Program-made: the position numbers and the translations under genes | Source: Massalongia carnosa | Lineage: Eukaryota | Assembly: GCA_965645245.1 (NCBI GenBank) | Contig: OZ287079.1 | Location: 744,001-808,000, forward strand | DNA: 64,000 nt | Direction: 5' to 3' | In this document: one piece after another, positions 24,900 to 38,238 of the stretch | How the letters are laid out: every line of letters starts with the position of its first letter | Numbering within the stretch: the first letter of the stretch is position 1 | Notes under the pieces: generated by a model | The model's database searches: none | Told to the model about the DNA's origin: nothing | What the model saw: only the letters and a program-made list of their open reading frames with translations

Positions 24900-26470
24900 T
24901 TGGTAATAGTAGTACTACCTGTACGAAAGATTGCCTATAGAACAGGACAGTCCTTCCATAAATCTCTGCAGCAACACGCTTCTAAGCCTGGGCTGTTTCT
25001 GGTCTAGATGCTTTCATGGCCTTGGTTCGATTCCAATCCGAAAATCACCCACCATTCAGGGGACCCATGATCAGCACAGTACCTAAGTCTCTGGTCCTGG
25101 AGTCAGTTATGAGATCCGGGGGACAGAACCGAAGGCTTTCGTAGAGGACCTCAGCTAGGTATATAGCTGAGGTGAGATGAAGTCGTAGATTCCCATTCCA
25201 TGCAAGAAACACACTGATCATGTTTGGTAGGAAACCATACTCCTGTTGCGTCTGCAGTGATCAACCTGGTTGCCAGCTAGCTTGCGGGACTTTCGGAGCT
25301 AAAATGTCTTTGACCATCGCAGATGCTTCTGCAAAGGTCCAGATTTAGCCAGGGGACGGCGATCATACTGAAAATTATTGGGCATCAATGGCTTCTCAAT
25401 TCGAAATTTGTGGATGGATAGAAGAGCTTGTGAAATATTCGCCGATACAGAAAAGCTCAGACCCAACATCGACCTTTCTTATATCTTATCCTTACTCAGC
25501 ACATAACAAATGTAAAACTCTCTTCCATTGATCTTGTATGAAAGGAGATCTCGGCCGCACGATGGTTTGCAGAAGGCGTTTCAACATATTTGCAGTACGT
25601 CTCTGACTGATCCACAGTCTTAAAAAGGGTAAAAGGACACGAAGAATGGTATGGTCAAAATGAGCTCGGGAAATCGATTTGACGAAGATAAGAACAGAAA
25701 GTTTAGAGCTACAAAACCAACTTCCAGCAGCAGCACGTTGATTGCTATTTTCCCCATAAAAACGAACCATACTTGAGAAAGGAATGAAGAAGGAGCCATT
25801 TATAAGATCCCAGACTACAATCTGAGTTCTGATATATTTGTAATAAGATTATGCAAGACCCAGGCTTAGCAACAAGATCTCTAGCCCATGTCGGTCTGGT
25901 AGAGCGCCACTTGTGACATAAGAACGAATTTGAGATGTTTGTGGCGGAGAGAGGCTGTCTCGATTTCATTGAAGAAAGTCGTTTCTAGAAGAACCTAAGC
26001 AATATCTTACAAGCACGATCCTGCTACTTATCATGGGCTCCATGCAGTATAATACCATTAGTTTCAATGGCAACACACCTCTACAAGTCAGCAAAAGAGC
26101 TACACCGTGAGAAAAATAAAGTTGATTGGACATCATATGTTGCCTCATTATCCTCGTGACTGGTGCTTGAAAGTCAACATCAAAATTTGTAATCTCACGC
26201 TAGAACTTGCATACCCAAACGGCAAAAGGAGAAAATTAGAATGTTAAAGAGTATCTTACACAAATCTTTGCGTTCATGAGTTTGAGCGTCCGAAAGATGG
26301 ATTCCATCAAGAGTTCGCATTTTTCTTACCGGATAGGTTTGCCAATTTCCATCAAATCATCGACAGTAGAAAGAAAACTTTCAAGACATGATCAGAAACA
26401 TTTGCTCTTAAAGATCATAGGATTAAATACGGACTCTGAAGAGCGGGTCTCAATAAATCCATTGGTTGAA
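24900..26470 (-). pseudogene. Possible decayed gene of unknown family
   Basis: One minus frame (~26170-25710) reads as protein-like text interrupted by several TAG stops. No recognisable motif. Confidence 0.3.
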
Positions 26471-26592
26471 TAAAAACTCGCGGACTTGCACTTTGACTAC
26501 ATGGCCCTTTTGAAAGTAATCTTGGATGACGTGCTGACCAACTTAGAGTAGTTAATCGTGTGCGTCCCAATTAAATTTACGTAAAATTTAGA

Positions 26593-26599
26593 TCACGTG
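26593..26599. promoter_or_regulatory. TCACGTG (Cbf1-type E-box) upstream of MET8
   Basis: gaTCACGTGc lies ~95 bp before the ATG. GGACGTCAT, a near CYS3/bZIP-like site, is at ~26669. Confidence 0.4.
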
Positions 26600-26692
26600 C
26601 TATCTCTAGATCAACAAACATACCTCTTTCTCTACCTTTGCGTTTCTCAAAAGGTTAGATTTGTCTTTGGACGTCATTGATATTGACTGTTC

Positions 26693-27547
26693 ATGATGCC
26701 TGAGGAATACCCTCCTATCCAAGGTGGTGGCTCGTTAATTCTAGCATGGCAAATCAAGAGCAAGCGTGTGCTTGTTGTAGGTGGAGGAGAAGTCAGTGCC
26801 TGGTCTGGACTCAATCCTAAATTGCAAGCTAAATATGTGCAGGTTGCCGCAGGGCGAATACTTAACGTACTCAACGCGGATGCCAAGGTGACTGTTGTAT
26901 CGCCGCGAGATGGTCTAAACAATGAGGTAGCATACCGGGTTGATCAAGGGGAGGTCGATTTTGTGGATCGAAAGTTTGACCCATCGGATCTGGACAATGT
27001 CGACATGGTCCTCACAGCTGTCGATGATCCAGAGGCGTCTACACAGATATGGAAACTCTGTAAGGAGAGAAAAATCGCCGCAAATATTGCTGATGTACCG
27101 CCGGAATGCGATTTCTACTTTGGCAGTGTGCACCGCGATGGCCCTTTACAGATCATGGTCAGTACGAACGGCAATGGTCCAAAGCTTGCGAGTATCGTGC
27201 GTAAACAGATTGCAGCTTCGCTTCCCGGCAACATTGGGGCCGCCATTCAGAATGTTGGCACGTTAAGAAAGAAATTGAGAAAAGTTGCGCCAGCCATCGA
27301 GGAAGGCCCGAAGCGCATGCAATGGTGGGTCTTTATGTACTTTGCGATTGCAGCTGCTCACCATACAACCAGGATATCAAAAGTATGTGAATCATGGAGT
27401 CTCGAAGATCTTGTTGCATTAGATGAATGCGACATGGAAGTTTTGCTGGGGTGTTATACATCAGGCACCGTCCCGAATCTTAAAGAGATACGCACTGAGA
27501 ATTCGGTGGATGGCTATGCGTTTGATGGGAGTTTCGGATGGTGGTAA
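26693..27547 (+). CDS. MET8: Siroheme synthase Met8 (precorrin-2 dehydrogenase/ferrochelatase)
   Basis: GGSLILAWQ..KRVLVVGGGE, ANIADVPPECDFYF, LQIMVSTNGNGP, RMQW. Introns 26792-26842 and 27325-27372. Confidence 0.93.
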   Translation: MMPEEYPPIQGGGSLILAWQIKSKRVLVVGGGEVSAWSGLNPKLQAKYVQVAAGRILNVLNADAKVTVVSPRDGLNNEVAYRVDQGEVDFVDRKFDPSDLDNVDMVLTAVDDPEASTQIWKLCKERKIAANIADVPPECDFYFGSVHRDGPLQIMVSTNGNGPKLASIVRKQIAASLPGNIGAAIQNVGTLRKKLRKVAPAIEEGPKRMQWWVFMYFAIAAAHHTTRISKVCESWSLEDLVALDECDMEVLLGCYTSGTVPNLKEIRTENSVDGYAFDGSFGWW

Positions 27548-29139
27548 ATGCGATAGTACGAGAGGAACATCGGATGTTTCATGCTGGACATATTTTATGT
27601 CTGAAAATCAACCGAGAAGGCGCCGCGAGGGTCAGCCACCAAGCAAATATTCGCAGGTTCTTCGCCTGAAACCTATCATCGAGTTCCGGAATAGGAGTAT
27701 ATCAATAGGCAAGCAATCCATGTTTTGGTACTTTCGGGATTCTCCACGGCTAACTTAAGGAGATAGTTCCGAAAGACAGAAAGATCTGGGTATTTGGTGT
27801 GATTACCCTATAACTTCCTCAACCCCTCATCTTTGACCACAGAGTCGAAGTCGCCAAACACGATTTATGAGGCCATCCAAAAACTCTCTCTTCTAAACAG
27901 AAACCATTTCATTCCCTTATACTACACAAAGATGTCGATTTTGTCCATATATCTAGCTAGCTCGTTCATGAATCTCCGTACGTGGCTTGGTTTGCCATGC
28001 AGGCAGAAAGGAGCATATCGCAACACTGGAGGGACTACAGGAAAGCGGCCCGGAATAGTTGACAGAGGATGATAGAATCGCCTTCTTACCTAGTTATTTC
28101 ATAGATATTCACTCCATTCATCAGACAACTATAGATCCCTCGGTACCTAACTCTGTAGATAAGACACCCTCCATATCCCCCCCCCCCTTTTCCCCAACAA
28201 CAACATCGCCATGCTGTACAAAAGCTAATGAAAAACGAACTCTTAATTACAGAAGCTCCCTAGAAACAGTGTTGGTTGTCTAGAATGCCTCCTGCGAGAA
28301 GACCTTGAGCTAGGGCCAGAAGAGGCTGAGCGGGCAGATGAGGTCATTTGCCTGATATTCCTATCGTAGTCAAGGTGGACTTTGTCCTGCTGGCGTGGAG
28401 CTGTCAAATGATAGTAGCAGAAAAATAGAGGCTGCCCATCTCCCCCCTATCCTAGCCCCTCTCCATCTCTAGCGAATCTCAAAGCGTCCACCCCCCAATC
28501 CCACCTTTACGGGTCCTTTCAATGCGCTTCGGGGGCCTTGCCCCTAATTTAGAGGCAACCCTTTTTACTTCCGAGTGGTCGTGATAAGTGGCATCTTCGT
28601 TGTTGTGTTGACAGTGATTCTGCAGAAGGCTCCACGTTCCCGTCTCCCGGATTAAAACTATTAGCAAATACCCCGGTCTCTCTAGACTATGGAGTATGGC
28701 TGACGGTGATCCGTTATTGTATTCAGTAAGTAGCTATCAGAATTCTGCTTATCCTGCCGTTTCCAGCTTGAAATGATTGTCCATTAGACGAGTAGCGAAT
28801 AGGTATATTGGATTAGAATTGCTTTTGAAGAAAATTGGTACGGTGTGGAAATCGCCAAGGACAGAACGGCCTCCCTTTTCCATATTTTCCCATAGTTATA
28901 CAGCGCTTCTACGGGTATGCTGGAGAGAGCGAGTTTCGAAAACACTTTGTTCTCTTCTGGGGTAAAGCCTAGATATCGCACATACGACCCACGAAATGGC
29001 TGTATTATTGTATTTCCAAGAATGGTAGGAATCGTGTTGTTACTTCGACACCTTGTTCGAATGTTTTCTGCATCGGGGTATTTCAGCGACCGTTGTTATT
29101 TCGCTTTGGTTTATTGTAGAAGTATAAATGAAACAAGAC

Positions 29140-31006
29140 TAAACAAGATTTGGGGACAAGGAAAAGATAAAGTAGCCACACTTTTAAGCATGGACGTCGC
29201 CGGCGCGTTTGATACAGTTTCACATCAAAGACTAACACACAATCTACGTAAAAGAAAAATCCCGAAATGGATTACTGATTGGTTAAACAGCTTTTTAAAT
29301 GATCGTAGCACAACTCTAGCTATAAATCGAAAAGCGACCGGACGATTCGCGGTGAGAACTAGCATACCACAGGGCTCCCCTCTCTCATCCATCCTTTATC
29401 TATTCTATAATGCAGACCTATTGGAAATATGTGAGCGACCAGGCACAAACACAAGTGCCATAGGATTTGTAGACGATGCCAACATTTTGGCATACGGAAA
29501 AAGCACCGAAGAGAATTGCAAGACTCTGGAGTCAATACACAGACAATGCGAAAAGTGGGCTTCCCGACACGGATCCCTATTCGCTCCGACGAAGTACGAA
29601 CTCATTCACTTGTCTAGAAATCCCAAAAGATTCAATATGGCTGCATCTATCAACATTTCAAGCACCGAAATTGAACCAAAAATGGACATTAGAGTCTTAG
29701 GCTTGCAAATTGACACCAAATTGAAATGGGGACCGCACGTTCGCAAAACGCAAAAGAAAATGGTTAAACAATCCATGGCATTGACAAAATCTCCACATCG
29801 ACTTGGGGTGCCACCTTCACCAAAGCAAGGCAAGTTTACAGCGCCGTAGTGCGTCCGGTCATGACATACGGGTCAACCGTATGGCACATGCCCAAAGAAG
29901 TCAAAAAGTCAAAAACGTCAACGAGCAAGCTCTCCGTTATGCAAAACAACTGCCTTCGCACCATAGCCGGTGCCTTTAAAGCCACTCCCATTCCAGTTCT
30001 TGAAGCAGAGACATACATAGCACCCATAGATGTATACCTCGACACGCTACAGGCGCAGGCCGGACATCGACTCTGAGCCGGAGGTCAATCGAAGGTCATT
30101 TCTTCCGCATGCAGCAAAATAGTTAACAAACTTCAAGGCAAGGCAGGTCGCAAACGCCTTCAAAAACCCACTCCGGGAGAGCTGAAGCACACCTGGGCCA
30201 AAAACCTACTGATCGACGCAAAAATCGTTCAACCACCCAAAGCACACCCACCATGGTCCGACCCCTCCCCAGCGCATCTCCGCAAAGTCTCCGTAGCAGC
30301 GTTGGCTCGTCAAAAACAAATGCAGACAATTAAAGCACGACAGCTGAAAGTCTGGAACGACTCGTGGAGCGCATATCAAAATCGCGTCACCGAACCCTCC
30401 ATAGCGCAATCAGTCCCACTGAGCAAAAAACGACTGAAAATACACACGCTGCTAAAAAAGGCAGAAAGCGCCCTGAAAACACAGATCCGCACCGGTAAGA
30501 TCGGTCTAGCTGACTTCCTCTACCAGCGACGGGTCCCCGCCGTCACCTCACCGGCCTGCCCATGTGGCTGGCACAGACAAACTCCAGAACACGTAATTAT
30601 GTTCTGTAGACTTATTGACAATAGAGAACAGATGTTTTGCGCCGCTGGCACGAACAACTATCAACAGCTGACCGAAACATCAAAAACTCTAAAGATATTA
30701 ACTACTTGGCTAATGAAAACAGGTCTACTGACCCAATTCTCAATGGCATCTACACTATTGTACAATTAACAGTAGTTTCACTTCTCTTTTCCTTCTTATC
30801 TCACAAGGCGTCACAGTTCTCACATGATTTTCGCTCTGCGTTTCCTGTCCGACGTCAACCCGGTGTCACAACGGACAGGTATCAAGGGATATGGTTTTTA
30901 CACCTGAAAAAGGTTTTCCATGTAACATAACTTAGATAGCTTTGCCCGCATGGGCCGGCCTACGGCTGGTGACATATCGGAGTATGAATACATCATCATC
31001 ATCATA
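29140..31006 (+). mobile_element. 5'-truncated, degenerate Tad1-like LINE (RT plus C-terminal CCHC knuckle)
   Basis: SMDVAGAFD, IPQGSPLS, GFVDD, LGLQID.KLKW, and CPCG..QTPEHVIMFC. Frameshift near 29790, TGA at 30074, and a (CAT)n tail at ~30991-31005. Confidence 0.92.
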
Positions 31007-31282
31007 ATAAATCGATAAACTTTATATTTAAAAATAAAACGCTTGATAAATACTTTTAAATTAATCATAAAAAATCGATCAACTTAAATAATTTAAACGA
31101 GATAATTCGAAATCGATATTTAACACATCGAAACGAATCTGATTTATGACTCGACTCGATATCTGATTGAGTCGAATTAATCAAAACCCGACTGCATTAA
31201 ATGCGACGTATTGTCAAGTTTTGTTGATTTGATTTTTCATCGCAATACTCCGCTCAACTTGACAGTTTGAATTCTCATCACA

Positions 31283-32941
31283 TTATTTGGCGAAAAAAGC
31301 AGCTAGCGCAATGAGTATCCAGTCTGCAATCAGAAGAATCCCTTGAATCCTAAATTGATAATTCAGTCAGTGTACTTGACGCGATATATGGGAAAGGAAA
31401 ATTGCCTTACCAGCTCGATTTGCCATCAATGATAAGGTAGTTGATTAGCAGGACCGAGGCAAAGAGTGAGACAACCTCGAATCCATCAAAGTTCAATGTC
31501 AGATCGAGATGCATGCCCCAGGCGATAATGATCATCAACGGAGTAACGAAGAGTGCTGTCTGTAAGCATTTGACGATCGTGTAATTGACCGTCTGATCAA
31601 GATTATCTTTGATAGCATGATTGATTGGCGTCAAGTCGTTGTTAAGGATTGGGAGTATAATTAAACCGATGAAGGTCTTCGAGATATTTGCCCGTTGGCT
31701 GAGAGCGTCGATACTGTCAACGGCGAATTGGGTACAGAAGGCCGTCAAAGTAGACGATATTATGAGGACGAAGAGCATAACGTAAGCTGTGAGCTGGGGC
31801 TGTGGGGTTTGTGGCTCTTCCTCCTCGGGTTCAAGGACAAGATTTGTCTGAACGCCTTCACCTCCCATACTTGCAGAGAGACCCGCTACTGCATTGGCAC
31901 TACCTCTACTAGCATCTCTTGTGCGGACACCGTGACGCTGATTAGGTGTTCTTTCGCTAGGGAAACCGTAATCAGAAGCATGAGTATAGAATTGGAAGAC
32001 CAAGAATGATCCATACACCAGGATTAGCACTAATGCAGCACCTCGAGATAAACGCACGATATCGTTTTCGGATGTTTGCTGCAGCAGGTGAGAAGCAGTT
32101 GGTACGAGCAGACTTGTAGCTGCCAGGAAGAATAGGTTGGCTGAAATATGGGCCACCGTAATGTTGAAATGTTGTTCAATTCGGTAGAGCCCACCCAAGA
32201 GGATGCTGAAGCCTAGGACCAGGAGTACACTACTGAGTATACCGCCAATCAAATTCCTTTGTAGAACATCCAGCTGGTTTGCCCGGAGAAGGAATATGCA
32301 CGAAACAATTTGAACGAAGTTGCTTTCAATGTTAGTTTAACCTGGAGGTCGGCATTGTTAGCGTTGAATTCATACCTGATTGTGATGTAGACAAGTCCGC
32401 CCCACTCCTTGCCGATCCTAAGGACCAGTTCCGCAATAGACATTTCTGCTGCAGCAGAGAGGGGAATTATGGCAAAGAAGTTGACTAGGAACGTAGTAAG
32501 CGACGCGCCCTTGGTATAACGAACCGCAAAGCCGGCTGGTACAAGCAGAAACAAAAAGTTGATCCAGGAGTTAAAGATAATTGCACGGATCTGGCTAGCC
32601 ACCGTGAGATTCCCACGATTTTGAGAGAACAATCGAGACGACTTCGATCTGTCTCGTCCGTCAACACCGTCAAAATAGACTGACTAATATCAGCCGGCCA
32701 TTCGTATGGACTTGGGACAAAACACAGTCTTACCTCTCAAGATCCCTGGGAGCTTCCTCTTTTTCTCCTCGCCTGGCCGCGCTCTTTTTGCTAAGACATC
32801 GCGCTGTAGTTGTGCCCTCTCAGTAAGCTCATGTACCTCGGCCATATTGAACGAAGACGGATCAGGATGAACAGCCTCAAAAGATCTTGTGGCGCGTTCT
32901 TCGTCCTTCTGAGATATGTCTGTAGTCCTCGCCCTGATCAT
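31283..32941 (-). CDS. Divergent Ca2+/H+ antiporter (CAX/Vcx1 family), 4 exons
   Basis: NSWINFLFLLVPAG, LIGGILS..LLVLG, SRGAAL, FQFYTHA, ISKTFIGLIILPI, LQTALF..P, DGKSSW; stop at 31283. Confidence 0.85.
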
Positions 32942-34289
32942 GTCAAAAAACTCTAATTTGGTTCTTCATTCCGATTGTCGGATCGAGTCGATCGCTTCTG
33001 CGGAGAACGATCCTTCATAAATGGAGGAGTCGTACGAATAAGAAAACAGACTGAAGGAGATTTTAGTCAAGAATTCACATGGATTGAATATCAATTAAAG
33101 ATATGTATCTGCTTGTTGTTGTCAAGGTATAAGAAATCTCCGTTTTTGTTGACGGTGGCAGTGGAAGTCAATTTATTGTGTCTGAAGGTTGCGCTTTTCA
33201 GCTCAATGACGCCGCCTGCAGCCTTGTTTTTATTATTTGAATTTGTCTTGTACTTATATGATTTTTCCACAAATAAAAAAATTGTAGAATGAAATTAAGC
33301 CGAGTTCAGATCGAGCAGAGTACTCATGAAGTTGAGAAGCTCCATTACTCTAGATTCGCCGCAGCGATTCCATCCTGGAGCGATTAGGTATGTTGAATCA
33401 TTCAACTTTCATCACGATCTCGTTCACACAAACCCCGAACTCGCTCCCTCGGACTCTCGCACAAACCACACCAACCGAAAACAGCAACTTCGCTCTTTCT
33501 GCTACCGAAAACGTTCCGTGTAGGATTAATACGAGTAGCAGCATTAAAAAGCTGCTGTCTCTCGTCCGCTCATATCTTCTCCGTCTGGACTTGCCTTGAA
33601 TTGGTTGATGAACCGAGAGCATGGTTCACCAGTCATAGCTGCATGAGATCTAGCAGATGTCATACCCACTGCTGCTATAGTAAGATTGTTGGCTCCTCGA
33701 ATCTTCATCGTTCATGCAAACTTCCGCGAGAGCGTTCGTGGATCCTAGCCAGTCTCGAAACGTTTAGACAGCATATGGGGCAAAGAACTAGGACGTGAGC
33801 TTAGAGATGCAATACAAATACCAATGATGATGGTTTCCTCTCTTGTTGAAGGATTATATCTGAGGGACAAGGTTCATAGACCGGTATCATCACGTGCTTT
33901 TGACACATCTCCAGACGCGCCAGCAAGAGTGTGAGATATAAGGATCAAACACTGCATTCTACAGGAAATCATGTATATGAGCTTACTCTCGATATCATCT
34001 AGTTCAAGTCCTGTCATGCGGTGCATCAGGCTGCTGACTTTGACTCGGAAGAGGCGGACTTTTCTCACCCTACTCCGCCCCCCACTACCACCCTTCTTCA
34101 GGATTGAACTTCTTCCTTCTCAACTCCAACTCTTTTATTTCCTCAGCTTCCTTCTCAAACATCCAGCGTAGTAACTATCTTTCGTTCGTCTGGCTTGGTC
34201 CTCTTCCAAACCCGAAAAAAACACATTATCAAGAACCACGTTGCCTCGAAGCCGATCCCAGCCTTTCTCAACCCCCTAAACTAGCAAGA

Positions 34290-35207
34290 ATGTCCGATCC
34301 CTATCGCCCGGCCTACTACGAAGGCGCCTATGCGTCTCAAGATCAACATGCTGGTGGTTACGATCAAGTAAACATGCGCCTCCCCACCTCCCCTCGTCTA
34401 CTCCCCTCCCGCTCCTCCCTCAAATCAGCCAAAGACGTCCCTTGGCTAACCTCATCAGCACCCTGCGCAACATCAGCTTCAGCTCTCCCAGTCCCACTAC
34501 CCACCCTCCCCCCGCTCCTCTCTAGCGCCACCTCCCGTCTACTCCTACCCTCCAACCTCTTCCACCCACAACAGTCGCTCAACATCCACCCATTCCCACC
34601 GCCGCCATCATCACCATCGCTCCCACTCGGGGCATTCTCGCGGCTCCAGCCGCTCGCGATCAAGCTCCTCCAGCCGCGGTGACAAGAAGCGGACCGTGAA
34701 AGCAGTCGGCGCAACCCTTGCCGGAGCGGCGGGAGGAGGAGTGCTAGGCCATGAGCTTGGTGGAGGCACGTTAGGAACTTTGGGGGGCGTGCTGGCAGGG
34801 GCGATTGGAGCGAGTGCACTGGAAAGACGTCATGAGCGGTGTGTATGATTTTATTTGGCTTCTTTCCTCATACCATGATCTCGCAGAGAACGGGGATTCG
34901 CTCTTGCATTTCTCTCTCTCTCTTCTTCCGAAGATCTCACCCATCCACCAACCCCCAGTTCTAACCCACCTGCAGCCACAAACACCCGCGCTCCCGCCGC
35001 GCCTCTTTGACCGACGACAATGGCTCCCATCACGGCCACGGCCTTCGGGACAAGCTGACCGAGTTCCTCTCCCCCGGCGGCGAAGAGCGGAGGAGCGGGG
35101 AAGACAGGAGAAGCCAGAGCCATACCGGCGGGGAGAGGAGAAAGGAGGAAAGGAGAAGAGACAAAAGCGAAGATTGGGTGGAGGACAGGAGGGGAGGAAG
35201 GTGGTAG
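34290..35207 (+). CDS. Small His/Ser/Arg-rich protein with a glycine-zipper motif, 3 exons
   Basis: Spliced frame MSDPYRP.. / ..GATLAGAAGGGVLGHELGGGTLGTLGGVLAGAIGASALERRHE / ..GGRW*. Confidence 0.7.
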
Positions 35208-36162
35208 GTCAATTAGGTAGGAGGGCTTTTAATAATGGGAGAAGGCGAGGTTGATCGAACGGATGGTGGTATAACGATTTCATGGCAACGCTTTTTTTTG
35301 CATTTCCTTTCAACGATTAACGACCCACGCACGGAAAGCTAGATGACTTTTTTTGGGATCTGTGGAGGCTTAATCGTTCTTCAGCGAATAAATCTCCTCC
35401 TTCCTTCCCTGACGCGTGTGCCGTAGAGATAGGTATGTATGTCTCTACATAGGTAGGTACCTTACTTACCTACCTATTTCTATTTCCATCCATCCATCCA
35501 TCCATCCATCCATCCAGCATCATCCCCATCCCCGATATTCCACGCGCCTGCTTTCACCTGCAAGGAACCGTCATCGGCATCGGCATCGGCAAACATCCCA
35601 TACATATATACCTCTAAGGACGACAATCACTGCCCCCCTTAAATTTTCGTAAAAGCCATGATCGAGAAATTAAACGACAAGGAGGGAAAAAGACAAGCTG
35701 TTGACGACTATGCAGTCGTACGGAAAATGGGGGTGGGGATGTTGGCTGATCATGTTGACGAGGTAGGGAACTTTGGAGTTTGCGGGGGGGGTTTCGCTTG
35801 CTTTGGGCTTTGGGCCTTTGTGGAGATGGTTGTTCGTTTTACGGGCGTGGGAGGGATGGAGGGAGGGATAGATGGATGGATGATATATATAGTAGGTATA
35901 GTACGTATGGACTTCTGGACGTGGATAGGGTTAAGTGCTCAGGAGAGATGTCCATCGTTGTTGTGCCTTTTCCAATCGCGTCTAAAAGCCCGCTCGTGGG
36001 GGTTTGGGGAGCTGTCCATTCGGGATATTATAAGAATCCAAAAAAGCGCTTTTCGGGTCTACCGCCTGATGAAACTCGGATACCGTTTTCAACCCTTCCC
36101 AAAATCAAAACAGAGAAAATTTGGTCTCAATTACCAAGGGAGGAAAAAAGCAAACCTGTTGT

Positions 36163-38046
36163 CTAATCCCGCCAAATCGCCACTCCCCCCCGCAGACCCT
36201 TCCTCGCTCGCTTCGATGGCGTGCTCGGGATTCCGTCCTCCGTGATAGCGTCTGTAGCCATATCAAGGATTTTCCGTTTTCGGGATGGGGATGACGATGA
36301 AGGTGGTTGGAAGTGGGATCTACGGCCTGTGGGTGGGGGTGTTGGGAGTTGGGTGGGTTCGGATTTGGGGTTGGGTGGTGCGGGTATTGGGGCTGTGGTT
36401 GTTGGGGGGTTGAGGAGATTGGTGAGTGGAGGTCTGAAGGGGCCAGGGGGTGAAAGTCGGCGTGGTTTTGAACGGGATACTGAGGTCGAATTGACAACGC
36501 ATGAGGATGGACGTTGAAAGTTGGCATGCGGTGAAGGGTGGAGAGGGTAGGAGCCGGCTTTAGTGTTGTAGTGTAGGAGGTTTGGTTGTGAGCGTTGAGG
36601 CTTTGCTGTAAACGGAGGTCGGATGTTTCTCGAACTCGACCCTGTTATGGGATTAAGGATATTTGGCGTTCGATCCTGAGATATTACCTTGGGTGGAGTA
36701 AGAGGTAATTGTAAATTAACGCTTGTAATCGGTGTCATAGTACTTGGGGATGAACGATGAAACATTGCTTTGGATCGCCGGTGGATCGGTTTTGAAATCG
36801 AGGCTGTGATTGGGTTGGTGGATTTATTTTCGTCCTCATCAGCCACACTGGTTTTATTCTTGATGAATGGTGTCCGCTTGCTCCCCTTCAAAGCCGCGCC
36901 ATTCAGCTCCCCCTGCACATGCCATAGATCCGGTCGATGCCGTCTCAAAGAATCCACCCAGGCATCACATTCCATAGGAACCCAATAATCGATGACCTCC
37001 TTCCACATGCTCTCAGCTGGCTTCGTCAAGTTCACAAGCACAACCGTCCCCTTGCCACCCACTCGTGCGTGCACCGCTTTCGCAAATTCCTTCACTAGTA
37101 CCTTTAGGCCATGCACATGAAGCGAAGTCCCGAGAATCAAAAGCACATCCGGAGCGAGCGCTAAGTCGTGCGTGGTCATCGTTCCAATTACATCGGCCGA
37201 GGGGTGCTCTTCGCCGTATAGGACAATGTTCGGTCGTAAGGAGCCTACACTTGTGCCGCGTTTGCCTCGATCGCGCCGGTCTCGATCTGCTGCGAGACAT
37301 GATTGGCAGTCCAGGTTTTTGCCATCTGACAACATGGCCTTGGGGTCTCCGGTTTCCCATTTGCAGACCGCACGACATATATTGCACCTCAGTGATTCCA
37401 AATCGCCGTGCAATGGGACAACCTCACACCCCCCATCCGCCATTCCACCAGGTATGAGGCTCGCTAGCGACCTCGGCAGCCCCATTGACTTCTTCGTAAA
37501 CCGAGATCGATTGCCCTTGCCGCGATCTAGATCCGTGATTAAGCCTTCGCGAGTCTCGAGACCATCGATGTTTTGTGTATAGCAACGCACTAGTCTTCGG
37601 CAGTCACGGAGGGTGCGGATGAAGCGGTGCGTGGCGGCAGTTTGTTTTACATCGTTATGGATTTTTTGTCGAAGAGAAGAGATGAATTTATAGAATATTG
37701 AGGTACTAATGGGGTCTTTCCATACGTTGCAGCTGAAGAGGTCTTTACCCTTGAGTTTTGGTGGTGGCAAATGCTGGATGCCCGAGACTGATTTGGAACA
37801 CAAGCTTGCATATTCATTCTGCGATTGGATCAAATTGTAGAGCCCATTCTCCGATCTAAAATCCTATGAGAAGATTGATTATTCAATGGTTCATTGCTAT
37901 CCAAACCCCAAAAGACTCACCGGGATACCGCAACTGGTCGAGATGCCGGCTCCAGTAACCACGACCACTTTTTTCGATGTAGCCAGGACATCGGCAATAT
38001 TCTGCAGTTGACGATTATCCTGCCTTCCCACCTCGATGATCGGCAT
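36163..38046 (-). CDS. HST3: Sirtuin NAD-dependent deacetylase, Hst3/Hst4 type
   Basis: VVVTGAGISTSCGIP/DFRS..GLY, YTQNIDGLE, PLHG with Zn Cys pairs, LRPNIVLYGEEHP, and LGTSLHVHG. One intron at ~37920-37864. Confidence 0.88.
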
Positions 38047-38211
38047 GGCGATAGTTAGAGTGGATGATTTGGTTTTCTTAAGGGAAGTATATATGGAGAG
38101 TTAAGGATTGGAAACTCAGAATAGGTTGTGAGTAGCTGAGAATTGATTGGGAAGCTGTGGGAAGCTGTGGGAGTGCCTCGTCCGCCCGTGGTTGTAAACG
38201 TAGCTGTAGAG

Positions 38212-38238
38212 ACGCGTCTTATCGCGCAAATAACGCGC
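38212..38238. promoter_or_regulatory. MCB-like CGCG cluster upstream of HST3
   Basis: ACGCGT at 38212, with TCGCGC and ACGCGC within 27 bp. A GTAAAC forkhead-like site is at ~38194. Confidence 0.45.

Noticed and set aside
28917..29140. N-terminal part of the 310-aa RT ORF, and a possible 5' inversion of the LINE
   Set aside because: Neither strand of 28000-29140 shows RT or endonuclease motifs. It is best read as flank fused to a truncated LINE, and no convincing TSD was found.
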